DNA of 64,000 bases from Octopus vulgaris (taxonomy: Eukaryota): the NCBI GenBank assembly GCA_951406725.2, contig OX597840.1:15872001-15936000 (forward strand), read 5' to 3'. The notes beneath the pieces are model-generated. The model worked only from the letters and a program-made list of their open reading frames with translations. It made no database searches and had not been told where the DNA came from. A program made the position numbers and the translations under genes. Each line of letters starts with the position of its first letter. Position 1 is the stretch's first letter. Below are positions 48,991 through 62,453 of the stretch, piece after piece.

Positions 48991-49743
48991 ATATATGGAT
49001 GTGTATATATATATATATTTATATATTTGTTGTGTAAGATTTTTACAGGCATCCCCCCCACACACACACACTAAATAAATGTAGACGCACATAGAGATAT
49101 AAGCATGCGCAAATGAAGACATACAATAGAAATTCAAAATGGCTGACGGTTTGGTGGAAGATTTTAATTCAGAACTTTTGTAAACAAGACATTTGTACTC
49201 AGAGCCAGAGCTAGTTTCTGCCGGGTTGGTATCAAAAGGGTTAATGCAGAAATCAAATATATTCCCTCAAAATTTCATTACCCTTAATTGTGGTTAGCAG
49301 TTTAAATACCAATTTATTTTTTGCTGAGGTATGTCATGTTTGAAACTATTTCCTGTTCAGATATGTCAAGTTCGTTGAGGCAACATGGCCTACAAGGAAT
49401 ACTAGTTCTATTTTTTGAAAAACATTATTGCATGGAAGTAATTATAATATCTGGTAATTGTTGTAGAATTAGTAATAGGGGTCGTGATGTGTGTGTGTGT
49501 CAGTGGTGCATTGTGTTCTTGAGCAAGACACTTCATTTCACATCACTCCAATCCACTCAGCTGGCAAAAATGAGCTGTACCAGTAATTCAAAAGGGCCAG
49601 TCTTGTCACATTCTCTGTCTTGCTGAATCTAGAACTACATAAAGGGCACGCATGTCTGTGGAGCGCACAGCCACTTGCACATTAGTTTCAAGAGCAAGCT
49701 GTTCCATTGGTTGGAACCCTTGTCAGCTTAAACAATGGAGTGC

Positions 49744-49777
<34 letters not shown>

Positions 49778-50358
49778 ATTTTGATCTTGGGATTGTGTGT
49801 TAATTGTAAGCAAATGTCACCATCATACAAATAGTGTCGTTTGTTTGCAATAGAGTCTGGACTAGAGGGAAATATAACCTTGCTTAGAAACAGATGAAAG
49901 TTGGTGACAGGAAGAGCATCTTGCTGCAGAAAATCTCTCTCAGTGGATTTCATCTGACTCATGAAAGCATGGAAAATTAGTAAAATGACAATGATGATAA
50001 TATATATATATATATAATGTACTGTTCCGTGACGGTAAGATCAACAAAAAAGTACTCCATCTAGTGAGAGATAACTATCATTTAATAGACACAGTTCATG
50101 TTTTTATGTGTTAGTAATAGTTCATATGTTGAGAAATACCTCAAACATATTATCAGGCACAAACCACATATCCTTTCAGGGTCAATAAAATAAGTACCAG
50201 TTGAGCACTGGGGTTGGGGGGTGGAGGGGGATCACAAACTTGCTGAATGAAGTATGTGTTATGAAAGGTGGTTTGTGCCTGATGAATATGTTTGAGGAGG
50301 TATTTCTCAGTATATAAAACTATTAGTAGCATATAAAAACATGTTTTGTGTCTATTAA

Positions 50359-50580
50359 TCTTTTTGTTACCGTATTTATTTTGAGATGCTCTGTGTGTCT
50401 TTCAATTAATTTTAAATATAACAAAGAATTTAGTAAAATAACTTAGTTATCATTCAGCTAGTTTTAGGAACATAAATTGTGACTAAGGTTTGGAGGAAGA
50501 TTTTAATTCAATACTTATGAAAACAAGACACTTGTACTACAGAGCCAAAGGCGATTTCAGACAGTTTGTTATCAAAAGGG
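50359..50580. mobile_element. piggyBac-like MITE
   Basis: TTAA on both sides, right end AAAAGGG. Homologous to 51234-51449 and to a partial copy at about 49148-49240. Confidence 0.7.
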
Positions 50581-50589
50581 TTAAGAATT

Positions 50590-51190
50590 CATCATCATCA
50601 TCATCATCGTTTAATGTCTGCTTTCCATGCTAGCATGAGTTGGACAATTTTGACTGAGGGCTGGTGAACCCGATGGCTGCACCAGGCTCCAATCTTGATT
50701 TGGCAGAGTTTCTACAGCTGGATGCCCTTCCTAACGCCAACCACTCCGAGAGTGTAGTGGATGCTTTTTACGTGCCACCGGGAAGGGGGCCAGTCAGGCG
50801 GTATTGGCAACGACCTCGCTCGAATCTTTTTACACATGCCACCAGCACAGGTGCCAGTAAGGCAACTTTTGTAACGTGCCACTGGCATGGAAGCCAGTTG
50901 GCTACTCTGGCAACGATCACGCTCAGATGGTGCTCTTGGCACCCTACTAGCACGGGCACAAGTGCCAGTAAGGCGACGCTGGTAACGATCACGCTCGAAT
51001 GGTGCCCTTTAAGTGCCACTGGCACGGGAGCTGGTTAGCCGCTCTGTCAATGATCACGCTCGTATGGTGCTCTTTGCACCCTGCTAGCACGGACGCCAGT
51101 CATTGAATTTGATTTTGATTTTGCTTTTGATTGATTTCACTTGCCTCAACAAGTCTTCGCAAGCAGAGTTTTAGTGTCCAAAGAAGGAAA
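50590..51190 (-). mobile_element. RTE LINE 3'UTR fragment
   Basis: (CAT)n, ccatgctagcatg, ggatgcccttcctaacgccaaccactcc. Confidence 0.88.
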
Positions 51191-51233
51191 AAAGGAAAAA
51201 GGAAAAGAATTGTTTCCCTATTATATATTTTAA

Positions 51234-51449
51234 CCCTTTTGTTACCATATTTCTGTTGAAATGCTCTGTGTTTCTTTTAATTAACTTTAAATATACCAAA
51301 GAATTTAGTAAAATAACTTAGTTATCATTCAGCTAGTGTTAGGAGCATAAATTGTGACTAAGGTTTGGTGGAAGATTTTAATTCAGAACCTTTGAAAACA
51401 AGACATTTGTACTACAGAGCCAGTTTCAGCTGGGTTGGTATTGAAAGGG
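51234..51449. mobile_element. piggyBac-like MITE
   Basis: TTAA-CCCTTTTGTTACC ... GGTATTGAAAGGG-TTAA. Confidence 0.78.
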
Positions 51450-52244
51450 TTAAATAATGTATGTGTGTGTGTGTGTTTTAATGTGTTGAACAGGCAGAAT
51501 TGTTAACATGCCAGGTGAAATGCTTACCAGTATTTTGTCCATCTTTGTTCTGAAATCAAATTCTGCCTAGGTTGACTTTGCCTTTGATCCTTTCTGGGTC
51601 AATAAAATAAGTACCAGTTGAGCACTGGGGGTTAATGTTATTAGGTTACATGAATTATTTATATACAGTCTCACAGGGGAGATTTTATGTAACATATTTT
51701 GAGAAATAGCAAACGAATCTCCCTCAAACAATCCCCTACAGTCTGTGATGAAAGAAGAGAAAGATCATAAAAATATTGAAAAGTAGTAATAGTGGGTGAA
51801 GAGGAATTATGGGAAGTTGAACGAGAACAGTAGGGGTGGTGGGAATTAAACAGCTTTCTAAATTGTGTTGTCCTAACTTAAACCCTCCATTTTCTATTCT
51901 CCCACCTTCAGTGATTCTTTTAATATCGGTTTCAAATTTTGGCACAAGGTCAACAAATTCAGGGGTGAGGGGGAAGGCATTCTTTAATATTGCTTCGTCT
52001 TTCTCTCTTTTGCCGTTTTCCTGTCTTTTACTGTCATTGGCAGCAGTCTGTTCGCAGTTTTATTGCAGTGTGAGATTTTTTATTCACATACGCAATCCTA
52101 CTGTCTGATGTATGTTACAAGCCAACAATGGAGACCTGTTCAAGGTAGATGTACCTAATAGAAACAGCAGCCAAAAACTCCCCTTAATCATATCTACTAT
52201 CTTTTGTATGTATGGAGATTTCTGTATTGCATGATGTGGTAGAT

Positions 52245-52569
52245 CAGGGGTTTCAACCATTTTTTACCGATGGACCCCTTTGATTACTCTTTTATTCTAG
52301 CAGATCCTTTTGGCCATTTGATGCTTAAAAACTAATTTCTATTTCGTTTTTCATCCATTAATTTGTGTTGGTTGAACTATGTAAAATGTTACAGAAAGGA
52401 ACCTAATTGTCCCTTGTAATACATAACCAATACATACATCTAAAGCAAAATTATTTCAGGGACCCTTGAAATACTATTGTGGACAAGTTGCTAATTCATT
52501 GCATGGATCCCACCACCAAATCCTATATGGACCCTCAGGAGCCATATGGAACCTGCTTGAGAACCACTG
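52245..52569. mobile_element. hAT (Charlie/Buster-type) MITE
   Basis: Termini CAGGGGTTTCAAC / TTGAGAACCACTG. 8-bp flanks tggtagat / tactagat. Confidence 0.7.
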
Positions 52570-52707
52570 TACTAGATGAAGTAGCCAAATAATCATTTCA
52601 TGTGCTATGTTCGTGTGTATATATGAACTAGTTAGTGAGTCTCTACATATCTTGGCCTGTTAGAAATAGTAGGCAAATCTCCCTCAAATTATACCCTACT
52701 AGCATAT

Positions 52708-53150
52708 GTCATCATCATCATTATTGTTCGACCATGGTCGAGACAATGGAATTTACCATGCTACGCCAGACTTCACGGTCCATCATGGCATTACGGAGGT
52801 CCTGTTACTGGATGCCTGTATCCCTGGAGATTACATCAGGGTAAGAGAGTGTGCGCCGTCTGGCATTGCGAGTAGATGGCTTCCAGAGGAGGAGAGTAGA
52901 AATTACCTCTTTTTCAGCTCTACAACAATGTCCAGCAAACAGGACTCTCCTACCTTTCACAAGAGATGACACAGGTGGTAGTTTCCCATATATTTGCATT
53001 TATTTGGATGGCGCTTCCACAAGAGATTTTGAGCTCTCATAAGGAGGCGAGTGTAGGTTCCATCCAACCGCCTCTCAAGGTTCTTTGATAATATCCAGGT
53101 TTCTGAGCCATATAGTAGAATTGGTTCGACTGTGGCTTTGAAGACTGTGG
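52708..53150 (-). mobile_element. 3' fragment of a second RTE-like LINE family
   Basis: VFKATVEPILLYGSETW...RRLDGTYTRLL and RRVLFAGHCCR...LLLWKP. (TGA)n-like tail at about 52710. Confidence 0.85.
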
Positions 53151-53701
53151 CATATGAACTAATGAGAGAGCCTTCTACATGATAGTTAGACCTGACAGAA
53201 ATAACAGCCAAATCTTTCTAAAACAGACACCCTTCCATGTATGTATGTGTGTGTGTGTGTCTGTGTATGTCTGTCAGTCAGTCAGTCAGCCAGACAGAAG
53301 TGTGCTGCATAGGTGGGCAAGGTAGGCAGTGCCTACCTCGAATAAAATAGATCAATAGCATCATTTTCCTTTTATGGCAAAATATGGACCTAATTCAATA
53401 AAATTATGAAGGTTACTCTTGATACAATGCATAAAATACAAAATATTTTATTTTTTGCAGATTAGGTAGGCATAATTCACCCTTGCCTTTCAATCTCAGT
53501 ATTTAAACCACGCATAATACTGCTGTGGAACACGTGCTGTGTACACTTCTACAGCTCCGTTTTCGTTACGTGCTATAAAGGCAGGAATAGATCTGCCATC
53601 AATTCAGTCGCTTGCCTGTGTTTTGTTTATTTTTTTTGTGTGTTTTACTGCATAAAGATCCCCAACTACCTATCCTGAGTAATTATTGATGGCATGTGCC
53701 T

Positions 53702-53736
<35 letters not shown>

Positions 53737-53962
53737 GGAGGGACGTATGTTTGTATATATATGTGTGTACATGTATATCTATTTATATATGTATATGTAG
53801 GATATGTGTAAAGGATCTGAGTGCATAGTAAAAATAATAACAATACAAATTGCTATTATTTTGTGAAATAATTGAGGAGACAGATCCAGACAGGTGAACA
53901 AAAGTCAGTGGAGCAAACTTGGAACAGAAGGATTTGCTGGAATATAACTAGGCCTGAAGATA

Positions 53963-53964
<2 letters not shown>

Positions 53965-53995
<31 letters not shown>

Positions 53996-54099
53996 GCACA
54001 CATCCATATGCACATACATACATCCATAAACACATACATACATTCATACATACATTCATATATACATTCATAAATTCAAATATAGTTCACTGTATATAG

Positions 54100-54136
<37 letters not shown>

Positions 54137-54294
54137 GCATACATATATATTTACATCCACTCAAACATACATGTACATGCATATATATGCATACATACAT
54201 GCATAAATGCATGCATACATGCATACATACATACACACACACACATACATACATGCATATATACATGCAAACCTATATACATACATATACATAC

Positions 54295-54327
<33 letters not shown>

Positions 54328-54592
54328 CATACATACATATATACATACATATATATACATGCTTACATACATGCATGCTTGCATACATGCACACACGTAC
54401 ATACATACACGCACACATACATACACACATACACACATACATATATACACATACATACATATGTACATACATTCATACATACATACATACATACACACAT
54501 ATGTACATACATACACACATACATGCGTACATACATACACACATACCTACATAACTACATGCTTAAATACATACACACATACATACATACAT
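53965..54592. repeat. Degenerate (TACA)n/(CA)n satellite
   Basis: Direct inspection. Confidence 0.95.
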
Positions 54593-54977
54593 AAATAAGT
54601 AAATAAATAAAAGATAAAGACCCCCTTCTGTCATAAATAACCATGGGATTGCACCTGGAGAGTTTCCCTCAAAGACACAAGTCTGGACAAGGTTGTTTAT
54701 GGGAGACCAGCAGTTGCCCAGGCATACCATACACCCAAGAGAAAGGCAAAGGGGCCGATACAGCTTGGCACCTGTGACATCGCAACTCATTTCTACAGAT
54801 GAGTGAACTAGAGCAACATGAAATAAAGTGTCTTGCTCAAGAACACAACGCACAACCCGGTCCAGAAATTGAACTCACAACCTCACAATTGTAAACCCGA
54901 TGTTCTACCCACTGAGCCATGAGCCTTCACATACATAGTATTAAGTACTTCTGGCATTTGTCTATCTAAGTATGCAC

Positions 54978-55014
<37 letters not shown>

Positions 55015-55015
55015 C

Positions 55016-55746
55016 GTGAAAAAGTGCCAATCCCTAGCAGTTGAGGGAACCCGTGGAAGAGGTAGACCCAGGAAAACCTGGGACGAGGTGGTGAAGCACA
55101 ACCTTCGAACTTTAGGCCTCACTGAGGAAATGACCAGCAACCGATACCTTTGAAAATATGCTGTACGTGAGAAGACCAGGCAGGACAAGTGAGTCCAGCC
55201 AACTTATGCATGCCTTTCCTCCCTTGGACACACAAAGACCTGTTGAGGCAAGCGAAGTCGATATCGAACCTTATCCAACGACAGGCACCCTGTTGGGGCA
55301 AGTGGAATCGAAATCGAAATTGAATCAATCTGGCACCCGGCAGATGCCAGGACCCCTGAACTGGTGGTACGTAAAAAGCACTATTCGAATCGTGGCCGAT
55401 GCCAGCGCCGCCTCGACTGGCTTCCATGCCGGTGGCACGTAAAAAGCACCATCCGAATCGAAGCCAAAGCCAGTGCCGCCTTGACTGGCTTCCGTGCCGG
55501 TGGCACGTAAAATGCATCAATCCGACCGTGGCCGTTGCCAGCCTCGCCTGGCACCTGTGCAGGTGGCACGTAAAAAGCACCCACTACACTCACGGAGTGG
55601 TTGGCGTTAGGAAGGGCATCCAGCTGTAGAAACTTTGCCAGATAAGACTGGAGCCTGGTGCAGCCTTCTGGCTTCCCAGATCCCCGGTCGAACCGTCCAA
55701 CCCATGCTAGCATGGAGAACGGACGTTAAACGATGATGATGATGAT

Positions 55747-55748
<2 letters not shown>
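55016..55748 (+). mobile_element. 5'-truncated RTE LINE
   Basis: aagtgccaatccctagcagttgagggaacccgtggaagaggtagacccagg..., 3'UTR repeats, (GAT)n tail. Confidence 0.92.
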
Positions 55749-55796
<48 letters not shown>

Positions 55797-55810
55797 TATA
55801 CATATATATA

Positions 55811-56218
55811 GGCATAGGAGTGGCTGTGTGGTAAGTAGCTTGCTTACCAACCACATGGTTCCGGGTTCAGTCTCACTGCGTGGAACCTTGGTCAAGTGTC
55901 TTCTACTATAGCCTTAGGCTGACCAAAGCCTTGTGAGTGGATTTGGTAGACGGAAACTGAAAGAAGCCTGTCGTATATATGTATATATATATATGTGTGT
56001 GGGTCTGTATGCTTGTGTGTCTGTGTTTGTCCCCCCCAAAATCACTTAGCAACCGATGCTGGTGTGTTTACGTCCCTGTAACTTAGTGGTTTGGCAAAAG
56101 AGACCGATAGAATAAGTACTAGGCTTACAAAGAATAAATCATGGGGTCGATCTGCTCGACTAAAGGCAGTACTCCAGTATGGCCCCAGTCAAATGACTGA
56201 AACAAGTAAAAGATAAAG
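55811..56218 (+). mobile_element. SINE family A (reference copy)
   Basis: A-box-like TGGCTGTGTGG and B-box-like GGTTCAGTCTC, internal microsatellite, conserved tail. Confidence 0.92.
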
Positions 56219-57107
56219 AGAGAGTATATACACACACACACACGTGCACATATATATATATTCTTTGTTTTGCACACATGCTCTCTCACACACACACACA
56301 AACACTTCCATAAGGATTACATTCCTTTTCACACTTCCCTCCCGGTTTCTCACATAGGAGTGACCCTCGACACAAATAACACAAACCCTTCCTGGTTATG
56401 TAAACAATGAGCCTGATATGGTTCAATAGAAACAGTTCAGCTTGTTTCCCAAACATAAAGGGTCTGGTCAGACCTTATAACAATATACATTTCTGCAAAT
56501 ATACACTGTATGGTGCCACTGTGTCTAATCATCAAACAAAGAAAAACTAGCAGAAAGAGCTAAAAAGCTTGGTTCTTAAAGCCTGTTGATCTCAAACATG
56601 GTAACCTAATGTACATACATTCTTTTATTCTTTTACTTGTTTCAGTCATTTGACTGTGGCCATGCTGGAGCACCACATGCCTTTACACATACATGTATAC
56701 ATAAGTATATACATATACATACATACATATATATGTGTGTGTGTACACACATATACATGTTCTCGGTTCTGTTAATGGCTAGGCATTCAGGTGAGTATAC
56801 TGGTAATGATGTAGCAACATTTGAAATATTGTCCAGGTAAATCTAGCTGGAGGAGACTAATCAAATTTATGATAGCAAACGTATTTGAAGAGTCCAAAAC
56901 CCAGGTACAAGATTATCCGATTCTAGGTTGTCCATTTATTTAATATTCTTTCTAGAGGTAAGATGAAATTTGTTTTGTTTGCTGCCGCATTTATCTTTGC
57001 CAGAATATATACAGTGAAACTTTACTATAGCATCATAAAATTATCGACTGCTATTTCCAGTAAACATTGGTGCCTTGTTGTACCACTATTCTATATATAT
57101 ATATATT

Positions 57108-57429
57108 ACAGAGATGTACTTGCATAGCAAGTGATTTGATCTGAGATCGTGTGTTGAAACGAAAACAATTGCAGAGTGGAAGGTGTTTGTAAGCCATTTA
57201 AGAAACGCACAAAAGCAGTTCGATTCACTTCAACATTTAAGTTTAATTTGTCAAAATATTTTCGTTGCTTTAAGACCGGGACCAGTTCACTGACAAAAAT
57301 CCGTCAGTGAACAGGTTGCGGTCTTAAAGCGATGAAAATATTTTGACAAATTAAACTTAAATGTTGAAGTGAATCGAACGGCTTTTGTGTGTTTCTTAAA
57401 TGGCTTACAAACACCTTCCACGCTGCAAT

Positions 57430-57432
<3 letters not shown>
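57108..57432. mobile_element. Second copy of the G3-C8 hammerhead fold-back family (57247-57297 on -, 57303-57347 on +)
   Basis: gtca-GTGAACA-g-gttgc ggtcttaaa gcgat-GAA-AATATT-T-tgac. Homologous to 48610-48951. Confidence 0.8.
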
Positions 57433-57488
<56 letters not shown>

Positions 57489-57499
57489 GGGGGGATAAG

Positions 57500-57617
57500 A
57501 AATGGAGCAATAATTAACAGTGAGAAGTGGGTCATTGGTGTTTTAAAGTCATTGTTTAATTAAGATGACTTTAAAACACCAATGACCCACTTCTCACTGT
57601 TAATTATTGCTCCATTT
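57500..57617. repeat. Perfect inverted repeat, arms about 53 bp
   Basis: aaatggagcaataattaacagtgagaagtgggtcattggtgttttaaagtcat mirrored after a 12-nt spacer. Confidence 0.95.
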
Positions 57618-57777
57618 TTTTATCATCTCTAATATATTAAACCACAGTTTTACTTTTAAATTACCTACTACCGTATACCTTATAATGAGGACCATACATA
57701 CTGAGGTAATACACCAGGAGTGCCTACAAATATATCTATTCCTTAGAAGGTTACATTACCTCTAACTTATATCTTAC

Positions 57778-57820
<43 letters not shown>

Positions 57821-57824
<4 letters not shown>

Positions 57825-60800
57825 AATAGTAAAAAGTGAAAAAACTACAGAAGGCTTGTTTTAAAAGGTTAAAAAATATATATTTGAGTCATTATGTCTG
57901 AAGAATGTTATAGATTTTTTCATAAAATGGCATAGTTTTTGAAGAAATGACCGGTTTCACGTTCAGCTTTTCAAATTTCTTACATCGTTATGTTTACGTT
58001 GAGAAGTGTGGAGAAGAGTTCCAGATAAGGGGAGGTAATAAGTGATTTCTTCCATTGTAAGGGAGATAATCGCTTAATATTTCTTGCCTTTTTTTGGAGT
58101 GAGTTTCTCTGTATAAGAATGTTGGAATGGTTAAGTTTGGGCTTATATTTTTCAATGAAGAATGTTTCCTTGTTTAGTCTAATTTGTGTTGGTGTTCCAA
58201 TAGCACATTGGTAAAATGGAAAGATTAAAAATTGTGGTAGTAGTTGCTTTCCGCATTTCTCAATGTGCTCACTAAAGGGTATCATTCTGTATTCTGGGAA
58301 TGCAATCTGTTGTCGATGCAGTGTGCATCTACGTCTGAGTGATAGTCCCGTGGACCCCACGTAGTTTTGGTGGCAGCCCAAGCATTTTATGACATAAATT
58401 ATGTTTTCAGAGGCACAAGTAAAATTAGATTTGATTTTGAATTTCTGTCCCTCTTTGAAGAGGAATTCTGATCCTTCTAGCAGGTTTGGACATGTTGCAC
58501 AGTTCGGTCTACCACATTTTTTTACTTTTGCATCCGTAATTTCAGAAAACAATTTTGTCTTTGTGAGAATCTTTTTAAGTGAATTAGGTTGTTTGTAGCT
58601 TTTAATGATTTGGTGTATGTTTAGAATTTCCTTTAATTTGGGGTCCTTATGAAGTATTGGTAAATTCTGGGTGATGATGGTGAAGGCTTCTTTGTTTCTG
58701 GGGTTGTATGTGGATATGTAAGGTAGTATTTTCGGGGAAGGTGTGTTGTTGTGTTGAACTTTTCTCAAAGTTTCTATGTTGATTTCTGTTGCACGTCTGA
58801 TCCCATCCTCTATGAGTTGAGCTGGGTAATGTCTGTCAATTAGGGTGTTTTTGAGTTCTTGCAGTCTAAAGTTCCTGGTATTTTGTTCTGACACTATTGT
58901 GCATATCCTTCTTGCAAGGTTGAAGGGATGTTTGTTTTAGTGTGTCTTGGGTGGCATGAATCAAAAAGTAGGTATTGTTTGGCGTCTGTGGCTTTGTAAA
59001 AAATGTCTGTTTCTATTTTAAGGTTAATTTTTTTAATTAGTATATCAAAGAATGGGAGCTCCTTTTTGTTGTATTCCATTGTGAACTGTATATTTGGGTT
59101 TATGCTGTTCAATAGGTTTTTGAATTTTAGGAGTTTATCTGTGTTTTCATTCCAGAGTATAAAACAATCGTCCAGGAATCGTTTCCAATTCTCTTTTATG
59201 TATTGAGAGAGGGGTTTCCAAAGATTGATAAAGATTCCTGGTAAATGATTATTTCCAGGTAGCCCATTGTTAGGTTCGCAATGACTGGTGCTGCCCTTGT
59301 ACCCATAGCAATTCCGAATTTTTTACGGTAAAATGTATTGTCAAACATGAAGTGGTTATTATGTAGGATGAATTCAATTGATTTAGTAATGAATTCTTTA
59401 CTGATCCTTTTTGGTATTTCTTCCGGAAATTGGTCCAGCCAGAACTGTATTGCCTCTAGTCCATAATTATGAGGTATACTGGTATATAAGTTAACTACAT
59501 CAAATGAAACCATGATTGTTTCTTCCTTGGCTTTTTTGGAAGGTGGTTTAACATATCTAAGTCATCTCTGATATGGCTATCGATATGTTTAAGGAAGGGT
59601 TTCAGGAGGATGTCCATAAATAGACTTAGTCTGTGTGTTTCACAGGTTGGGCCAGCTACAATGGGTCGTAGTTTTAGGTCCCCCGGGTTAGGTGTGTGTA
59701 TGTATGTCTTTGGTGATTTTTTAATAGTTTCATTTATAATTTGGCTTTTATGAATTTTTGGCAGACCATAGAAGAGGCTAGGTTTGCATTTAAAGTTTGT
59801 TAGAAAGTCAATCTCTTTGGTTGTTAGTTCCTTTTCATGGGTTTTAATTAGTGAAGATAGAGTTTTCATTATTTTTTGTGGGGTGTAGTTGGTGATTTTT
59901 TCATAATGTTGGTTGTCATCAAGCAAGGAAATTACAAGATTTCTATAGTATGATGTATCCATTATTACAACTGCACTTCCCTTGTCTGCTTCCTTAATGG
60001 TTATATCTTCATCATTTTGAAGTTCTATCAGTTCCTTCCATTGTGTAGTGTTAAAATTTGAGTTAACTGTCTGTTTATGTATAGTATGGTAGGGAAAGTT
60101 CTCAATGTGGTTGCAGAATTCGTCAAGATCTTTATTTCTTCCTCTGTGGGGGATGTGTTCACTTTTGTTCTTGACTAGTGATTCATCTTCAGTATTGAAA
60201 CTGGTTGATGCTTCTGCTAGTCTTAATTTTCTGCAAAATTCTGTTATATTATCCTTGATTTCATTTAGGTTGGCTCTGCATGGAGTTGGTGTAAATTTGA
60301 GCCCTTTTGAGAGGATGTCAATTTTTATGCTAGAGAGAGGTTTGGTTGAAAGGTTGATTATCTTCGGTTTTTCCTTATTACTAGGTTCCAGCCTGTGTCC
60401 TGGTGTCTCTGGTCCCTGGCTAAAAAATGTTGGGTGTAATTTTGTTTGTATGAGTTATCTGTGAGGTTGTGTGATATTGGGTCGGGGGAATGGTGGTATT
60501 GTTGCCTCCGATTGTTGTGTGTGTGTGGGAATCTATGGTTGTTTTTGTTTGTGGTGTGTGTAAAATTTCTGTATGTGAAATATTTTTGTTTCGAACTGCT
60601 TGTATGTGGGATGTTGCTTGACATAGTGTTTTTTTGCGTTTGTCTTGTGTTCGGTGGGGACCAGTAATTTTGGTTCATGGGGTAGTAGCGACTTGTGTGT
60701 GGTGTATTTCTTATTCTAGTGTCGTTTTGTGCTGTATGGTGGTTGGGTCTGGTATTAGGATATTGTTGGTGTGTTCTGTTTTTGGTGTAATCTATTTCAT

Positions 60801-60990
60801 AGATGCGTTGTCTGTCAGCTTTTTCCCTGTCTTGCGTGGTTTGGAAATGTTGGTTGTGGGTGATTTCTGTTTCTAGTGTATGGAGGATAGTTGGGGGTTG
60901 TTCGTGGGTTGTTTGGTTTTTCTTTTTTATTTTTTGTAATTTTCTTAAGGAAGGGGTTATCTGTACCCAATTCATTTTTGAAAGTTGAAG
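57821..60990 (-). mobile_element. Near full-length Penelope-like element (Neptune-type), frameshifted RT and GIY-YIG endonuclease
   Basis: LSKGLKFTPTP, IKEADKGSAVVIMD, FYGLPKIHK, SFDVVNLYTSIP, GIAMGT, WKRFLDDCF, LPFFDI, CGRPNCATC zinc motif, NIIYVIKC..NYVGST. 3' end sits in (TA)n. 5' boundary approximate. Confidence 0.93.
57942..57981 (-). ncRNA. Minimal U3-A8 hammerhead at the PLE 3' end
   Basis: aagaaat-TTGAAAA-gc tgaac gt-GAA-ACCGGT-C-atttctt. Perfect 7-bp helix I, weak helix II. Confidence 0.75.
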
Positions 60991-61089
60991 TATATCTTTG
61001 GAAGAAATCGTTGCTTTTTTTCCCAGCGCAGGAGAGAATTTCTCTCTTCTTTTTCACAGGTATCTTTCCAATGATTTAATGTATTTTCA

Positions 61090-61465
61090 AGGGGTTGTCC
61101 CTCGGTATGTTTTTGCCCATGCATACCAGCCTCCCCTCTCCAAGCCACTGGGAAATCAAAGCCCGATACAGCTTGGCACCAGTGATGTCGCAGCTCATTC
61201 ATTAGCGTGCAAGTGGCTGAGCACTCCACAGACACGTGTACCTTTAACGTAGTTCTCGGGGAGATTCAGCATGACACAGAGTGTGACAAGGCTGATCCTT
61301 TGAAATACAGGTACAACGGAAACAGGAAGAAAGAGTGAGGGAAAGTTGTGGTGAAAGAGTACAGGAGGGATCACCACCACCCCCTGCCGGAACCTCGTGG
61401 AGCTTTAGGTGTTTTAGCTAAATAAACACTCACAATGCTTGGTCTGGGAATCGAAACTGTGATCA
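61090..61465 (-). mobile_element. SINE family C with mosaic body
   Basis: Truncated C head. Body segments are shared with 49590-49690 and 54750-54790. Confidence 0.7.
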
Positions 61466-61635
61466 TACATATTATAAAAATAAAGATATTACTTGTGACG
61501 TATATTTGCCATTTAAATATGGCTAACCCCTAAGGGTGGATGCTACTGTAGTTTGTAGCCCCAGGAGGACACCTCCTCCAGCTGGCTATAGACACACTTT
61601 CTGTACCCTATCAGTATTTGCAAAAGGAAGCCATC

Positions 61636-62243
61636 TGTAGGGAAATGTGAATATCTTCTCCGGACCTTGGGGGTGCGAGAAGCAATCACTTTCCGTTGCT
61701 TTTATATCCAGACTCTACCAGTCAAAGAAACACAAAACGCAGACGTAAAAAATAGATATACTTTATTGTTTTATGGTGAGAGATCAGTGGTATATCTGAT
61801 GTCCTTGGTTCTGGGCGCGCAAGGCTGAAAGTTGATCGATTGTAATATTTACAATGTTCAGCCGCTAAAAACAGAACGGGTCAAAAATGGCGTCCGGAGG
61901 AAGAAGATGATGTTGTCTGCAACAATTCAGGTTAAAAGTCTTCGGCCAAAAGACTGCTGCTATCAAAACCGGAGAGAGAGCGAATTAAACGTCTGCTTCT
62001 ATGAAAAGCCTGCCGCTGTCTCCCGGACGCTAATGGTCAACGCTTTACGCTCCCTTGCCTCTTTGTTAAGGCTCGCGCTCCCTTGCCTCTTTGTTAAGGC
62101 TCGCGCTCCCTTGCCTCTTTGTTAAGGCTCGCGCTCCCTTCGCCTAAATAAGCTAAGGCCACGTCAGCAAAATTCCCTCTTCCGGACTTCGTGTATTCGC
62201 GAGAGGGCGTTGTGCGCGCGCGCTGTTGTATAGGATCACTACA
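61636..62243 (-). repeat. Gypsy 3' LTR (608 bp)
   Basis: Minus strand TGTAG...CTACA. Preceded by purine tract GGAGGGGAG (about 62247-62255). AATAAA near 61762. Internal 28-bp repeat x3 at 62048-62140. Confidence 0.85.
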
Positions 62244-62453
62244 AAGCTCCCCTCCAGTGCCTAAGCACGAACAACAATTCCTTGTAGTGACCATAAAACT
62301 CAAGGTGGACACCAGATAACCAAAAATAGCACACAATATAATACATTAAACAGCAAAAAAAAAAATTCACCTTAAAGGTAAAAAGAGTATAATACTCAAA
62401 ATGAGCAAAGTTCAATGAGTATTGAACTGTCACTGGGAAGTCAATTGAAAATG

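Noticed and set aside
50097-50345. Inverted repeat with CTGATGA and a hairpin
   Set aside because: The GAAA strand and helix I are too decayed to call a ribozyme.
53858-53965. Possible small exon (PSYIPANPSVPSLLH* on the minus strand)
   Set aside because: No polypyrimidine tract before the AG, and no recognisable protein similarity.
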